Assembly (NCBI RefSeq): GCF_004010195.1
Contig: NW_025214732.1
Span: 1-50,000, forward strand
Direction of reading: 5' to 3'
Source of the DNA: Chiloscyllium plagiosum
Lineage: Eukaryota
Length of the DNA: 50,000 bases
The translations under genes and the position numbers were made by a program. Below, piece by piece: positions 48,601-50,000 of the stretch. The stretch's first letter is position 1. Every line of letters begins with the position of its first letter. The notes beneath the pieces are model-generated. The model was not told where the DNA came from and searched no databases. It saw nothing but the letters and a program-made list of their open reading frames with translations.

Positions 48601-48806
48601 GTAGGTTTAGGGTAGGAGGAGAAGGATATAAAAGGGACCGAAGGGGCAACCTTTTCACACAGAGGGTGGTGCGTGTATGGACTTAGCTGCCAGAGGAAGT
48701 GTTGGCAAATAGGACTAGATTAGGTTGGGATATCTGGTCGGCATGGACGAGTTGGACCGAAGGGTCTGTTTCCGTGCTGTACATCTCTATGACTCTACGA
48801 TTCTAT
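48601..48806 (+). mobile_element. CR1/HER1-type LINE 3' end
   Basis: GGGGCAACCTTTTCACACAGAGGGTGGTGCGTGTATGG...GGACCGAAGGGTCTGTTTCCGTGCTGTACATCTCTATGACTCTACGATTCTA. Confidence 0.9.
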
Positions 48807-49480
48807 AAGTATGAAAGGTTGGGTATGCTTATCTATTCTGTTCTTAGTTTCGAGTTGAGATAATTCTGAGCCTATTCTGAGGACTTAGTAGAAATGTTTA
48901 CTGAAGCACTGAAGCTAACAGAATCAGCGACCAATTTACTTTTTATTGTCTTTGCATTGAATATACCATAAGACTTGTGATGGATTTGCATGAGGATTAG
49001 CGAAGTGGGCAGATGCAAAGTGGATTTTGTTCCTCAAGGAAGAAAATAGTATTCGCTTACGAATTAGAATCAGGAAGGCCTCGAGCCACCTTCACTATTC
49101 AATAAGAGCATAGCAGATCGGATAACTCCACTTTCCCACCTAACACTTTAACCCCTTACCCATGAAGAATCCATCTTTATTTACCTTAAAAGTATTCAAA
49201 GACTTTGCTTCAACAGTCGTTTAGGAAGTGAGTTCTAAAGATTCAAAACCCTCTATGGGAGCAAACAAAAACTTTCTACAGCTTTGTTTTAAACAAGTGA
49301 AGCCTTATTTTTAAAGAGTGACATCCTAGTTCTCGATTCTCCCACAGGAGGAAACATCCTTTCCACATCCATCATGTCATGATCTGATATGTTTCAATCG
49401 AGTCACTTCTTAATAAGCTCCAACATACACAGGTCCAGCCTGTTCAAGCTTTCCTCATAAGACATCTTACCCATTCCAGG

Positions 49481-49870
49481 AACAAAAACAGAAATTGCTG
49501 GAAAAGCTCAAAAGGTCTGGCAGCATCTGTGCAGAGAAATAAGAGTTAACGTTTCGAGTCGAGTGACCCTTCCGCAGAACAGTCGATTCCAGCCTCGCGT
49601 GATTGTCTGTGTGGAGTTTGCACGTTCTCCCCGTGTCTGCGTGGGTTTCCTCCCACAGTCCAAAGATGTGCAGGTAAGGTGAAATGGTCATGCTAAATTG
49701 CCCATAGTGTTAGGTGCATTAATCAGAGGGAAACGGGTCTGGGTGGGTTACTCTTCAGAGGGTCGGTGTGGACTGGTTGGGCGGAAGGGCCTGTTTTCAC
49801 ACTGTAGGGAATCTAATCTAATCAGATGCTGTCCGACCTGCTGAGCTTTTCCAGCAATTTCTGTTTTTAT
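49481..49870. mobile_element. Short palindromic element (about 50-bp inverted arms) split by an HE1 SINE
   Basis: The left arm AACAAAAACAGAAATTGCTGGAAAAGCTCAAAAGGTCTGGCAGCATCTG (49481-49529) is close to the reverse complement of the right arm CAGATGCTGTCCGACCTGCTGAGCTTTTCCAGCAATTTCTGTTTTTATT (49823-49871). Confidence 0.8.
49583..49822 (+). mobile_element. HE1-type V-SINE (elasmobranch), 5'-truncated
   Basis: B-box remnant TCGATTCC, V-domain core TGTGTGGAGTTTGCACGTTCTCCCCGTGTCTGCGTGGGTTTCCTCCCACAGTCCAAAGATGTGCAGG, a LINE-like tail GAAGGGCCTGTTTTCACACTGTAGGG, and (AATCT)n. Confidence 0.88.
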
Positions 49871-50000
49871 TAAACATCCCCACAACTGCTTCCAATGGAT
49901 TTACAATCTTCTTTCAATAGGAAGACCAATACATGTCACAGTACTCCAGCTGTGGTCTGGCTTTTCCCGATATAACTGATCCATAAATTTTCGAGTTTTA

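Larger units (their letters stand above)
49060..49985 (-). mobile_element. Old antisense CR1 fragment interrupted by nested elements (49481-49870)
   Basis: CR1 3' relics at 49060-49470 (CACAGGAGGAAACATCCTTTCCACATCC; CCAGCCTGTTCAAGCTTTCCTCATAAGAC) resume after 49870 (GACCAATACATGTCACAGTACTCCAGCTGTGGTCT). Confidence 0.7.

Noticed and set aside
1..50000. Prokaryotic systems (CRISPR arrays, operons, defence islands) or endogenous viral ORFs
   Set aside because: The sequence is clearly spliced vertebrate DNA, with no repeat-spacer arrays and no long unexplained ORFs.

Overview
Eukaryotic (vertebrate) genomic DNA, almost certainly from a cartilaginous fish, judged by the HE1-type V-SINE, the HER1/CR1-type LINE tails and the shark-type palindromic short repeats. 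It contains two complete, tandem, + strand, spliced protein-coding genes that I reconstructed exon by exon with GT-AG boundaries and continuous reading frames. COMMD3 has 8 coding exons (22107-26113, 195 aa). BMI1/PCGF4 has 9 coding exons (32404-36980, 325 aa), with a CpG-rich promoter and non-coding first exon at about 27.5-28.1 kb. A solitary tRNA-Asn(GTT) gene lies on the - strand at 4885-4958. The rest is AT-rich intergenic or intronic DNA with CR1-type LINE fragments, several of them nested, and SINEs. Apart from ORFs overlapping these exons or LINE RT remnants, the six-frame ORF track looks spurious. The most notable observations are: (1) a duplicated segment in COMMD3 intron 7 carrying two perfect in-place micro-inversions, which creates a 33-bp perfect inverted repeat; (2) short palindromic retroelements carrying degenerate hammerhead-ribozyme cores, one with a 14-bp target-site duplication; (3) an apparently deeply conserved BMI1 5'UTR with a strong-Kozak uORF; (4) acceptor sites that would allow an in-frame COMMD3-BMI1 read-through; (5) clustered miRNA seed sites in the BMI1 3'UTR. 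Comparisons to human are from memory and were not computed.
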